Source of the DNA: the human T2T-CHM13v2.0 reference genome, Homo sapiens
Length of the DNA: 64,000 nucleotides
Assembly: GCF_009914755.1 (NCBI RefSeq)
Contig: NC_060925.1
Direction: 5' to 3' (one strand)
The notes below the pieces were generated by a model, which saw only the letters and a list, made by a program, of their open reading frames with translations, made no database searches and was not told the origin of the DNA. Shown here piece after piece: positions 61,328 to 64,000 of this stretch. Both the position numbers and the translations under genes were made by a program. Within the stretch, counting starts at the first letter, position 1; each line of letters begins with the position of its first letter.

Positions 61328-61731
61328 TGCTATGGTTTGGGTATTTGTCCCCACTCAAATCTCATGCTGAATTGTAATCCCCAGTGCTGGAGGTGGGGTC
61401 TGGTGGAGGCGTTTGATCATGGGGGAGAATCCCCCATGGCTTGGTGCTGTCCTTGTGATAGTGAGTTCCAGGGAGATCTGGTCACTTAAAAGTCTGTGGC
61501 ACCTCCCCTCATTCTCTCTTGCTTGCTCCTGCTTTTCCATGTGATGTGTCTGCCCCCTCTTTGCCGTCTACCATGAGTAAAAGCTCCCTGAGGCCTTCCT
61601 AGAAGCCAAGCAGATGCCAGAGCTATGCTTCCTGTACAGTCTGCAGAACCATGAGCCAATTAAACCTCTTTTCTTATTAATTACCCAGTCTCAGGTATTT
61701 CTTTCTAGCAATGCAAGAATGGCCTAACACA
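61328..61731 (+). mobile_element. MSTA-like MaLR solo LTR
   Basis: TGCTATGGTTTGG start, GCCTAACACA end; perfect 5-bp TSD CTGCT. Confidence 0.92.
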
Positions 61732-62869
61732 CTGCTTCTGCCTGGTCTAACACTAGCTGGCTTTTATACATTAATGATGATATTTGAGCCTGAGTGTAAT
61801 TCTATAACCTTTCATCCTACCCAAGTTTCATCTTGAAACTGGGCATTGTGGGGGATCCTGACAAATAGAATAATTGGTATCAACTGAACATCTGTATGTA
61901 CTTGGTCCCTGCCAGAACTTGTAGGGCAAGCATGGACCATTTGAATTCCCATAATTATGAATAAAGGATTCATGTGGTCCACACCCAGGTATCTGTGGTC
62001 ATGTGGCTTGCTACTAAGAAAACTGGGCGTGCCTCTTCACTAGTTAAAAGCCATCACATTTGGAATAAATAATAAACATTTACCTGCTTCTATATTTCTT
62101 GAGGTCTGATAACACATTTTGAATAATTTTGTATGTGGGCTCATTGTATCTTTCAGGCCTAATTTCTGACAGTGTCATTTCCCATCTGGGTTTTGATTCT
62201 AGAAAGTCAAACCCTGCAGTAACTGCTATTGGCACCCAGTGTTCACCTTGGTCCCTGGTCTGATCACAAGATACTCTACACATTCCAAGCTAAAGTCTGA
62301 GATCACTGTTCAATAGTCAAAGGAGTCTAGTTCCTTAAAAAATGCTGGGTGCCTTTCTAGTATGGGGAGTGGGGGAAGAGACTGTTTTAGAAGCACATGA
62401 GGAAGTTGCTACTCAGTTTGATTATGTTAGGCAAACAGAAATTAGTTAACTGGCAGGAAAACACAAAGCCAAGTTGGAATCTCAAGCTGAAACCATGGTT
62501 TCAAGTGACTATTTGTTACTCCCTGAAATTGCAGCCCCAGACTATTTCCTTCTTTCCATCAGAGCCAAGGCCGATGACCTGCCAGGGCCTTGTAAATCAT
62601 TCTCTTACTCCAACAATAAAGCCCATAGTTTATTTCTGGGCTTGCCATCCACGAGCTACAAGAAAACACACTCCAAGCTGACTCCATTGCTGTCAGGCCT
62701 CTTTGCAGTGGTTACGATTAGATGAGAGGGGCCACTTGACCTGCAGCTGGATTGGCTGGCCAGTGGCTCTTGTTGCGGTTAATTCAAGAAGCAGGAAAGC
62801 AGACATCATACAAGGAGCTCTGACCAAAAGCTTTAGAGGGCTGTTCAAGGAACGCAGGGACTGTGTGTT

Positions 62870-62970
62870 TATGGTTGGATTTCACCTCAAACACTGATCT
62901 GTTGTGTGACTTTGAGGAAGTCCCTTCACCTTTCTGTGCCTCAGTTTCTTCATCTGTAACATTACCCTAG
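62870..62970 (+). mobile_element. MIR
   Basis: TGTGCCTCAGTTTCTTCATCTGTAA. Confidence 0.75.
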
Positions 62971-63439
62971 TGATGAGTTTTATACCACGTACTTGAGTCT
63001 AAACTTTTAAAACCAGGGACCCAGCTAACATCCCATTGGTTTCTCTTCAGAAAGGTATGGTCTTTTCCATGCAGATTACACTCCATTTCCCAAATACAAT
63101 GGACTGCTTTACAGTTTGGATGATTAGATTTACTGGCTCATTACAGTTTTAAAAATAGAACAAGTCACACAGAACTACAAATTTAGCCCCTGAGGCTGAT
63201 TGTGTTGGCAGGCAAAGAGGCAGCACTTTCTTTCCTCTTTCAGGATTTGACCTGAACACACGGGTTGTATGGCATTTGAGGGATTCATATGTGGTCAAGC
63301 CTCCAACCTTTAAGTATCAGAGCATAGGAGGAGAGAGGACTGTTGACCCCAAGCTTGGGATTTTCTACAACTGAACCCTTGTTCTACTACCTCTTTTCCT
63401 GCTGGCTGCCCTCTGTCCTCCCTTGTGCAACGAAATCTT

Positions 63440-63720
63440 AGTTCTCTTTCAGGGCTTCAAAAGCCTCCTCCATGTTGCCTTCCCTGGGCCTTCCTCCTCC
63501 TTCCCTCTGCGGGAAGGGCTCTCCCTTCTCTTTCCCCTCTATAAGCACCCATTTGTGCTATACATGTAAATTATATCACAATGCTTTGTACCATGGATGT
63601 TTGTGCCTATGTTTCATTCTCTTCCTTGAGGTCAGGGACATTGTCTGTGATGTTAGATCCCTTATAGTACCCAGACAGGGCTTTGTCTATAATAGGAAAA
63701 TGGATAAACAAGAAAATGGA
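63440..63720 (+). mobile_element. L2 3' fragment
   Basis: CTTGAGGTCAGGGACATTGTCT..CCCAGACAGGGCT. Confidence 0.55.
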
Positions 63721-64000
63721 GGACTTTGGGCATGAGGATTCACTGACCTGGTTCTCCTTGTCTTTCTGTCTTGCATGTCATGAACCTCACTGCATCCACT
63801 CTGTTTTTAGATCTCACTGAGTTCATGTGTTCAACCATACACCTTATTGTGTGCTCTTACGGACACTGTGATGTGCTATCCAGCTCCTGGGGGTGCTGCT
63901 GACAGCAAGCCCTCAGCCCTTATCACACAATACAATTGTCTACCTAAAAAGAGCCCCTTCTCCAAAGTCATGCCCCCTTTCTAGGACAACCTGCATGAAT

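Overview
Human (primate) non-coding genomic DNA. An AluYa5 carrying all five diagnostic bases points to human. About half of the window is interspersed repeat: about 27 Alu/FLAM copies, a full-length but inactivated L1PA4-like element (48054-54231), an old full-length L1MA-like element whose RT region is deleted (20253-26000), solo LTRs (LTR12F, MER4, MER61, an LTR1/LTR8-like ERV1 LTR, MLT1/MST), DNA transposons (MER20, MER2, MER5A) and MIR/L2/L3 relics. I recognise no host protein-coding gene, tRNA, rRNA or CRISPR array. Many ORF-track entries are Alu, L1 or LTR translations, and the rest match nothing I recognise. The most notable items are: (i) a candidate 3-exon + strand transcript at about 41.4-42.4 kb whose spliced product carries a 72-aa ORF; (ii) an intact, extended antisense L1 ORF0 of 167 aa that reads out of the L1 into the flank; (iii) two local templated insertions, a 73-bp direct copy and a 79-bp inverted copy; (iv) a young, possibly polymorphic AluYa5; (v) several nested or serial insertion structures. 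Subfamily calls come from recalled consensus motifs, not a database search. I cannot claim a novel biological system from this sequence alone.
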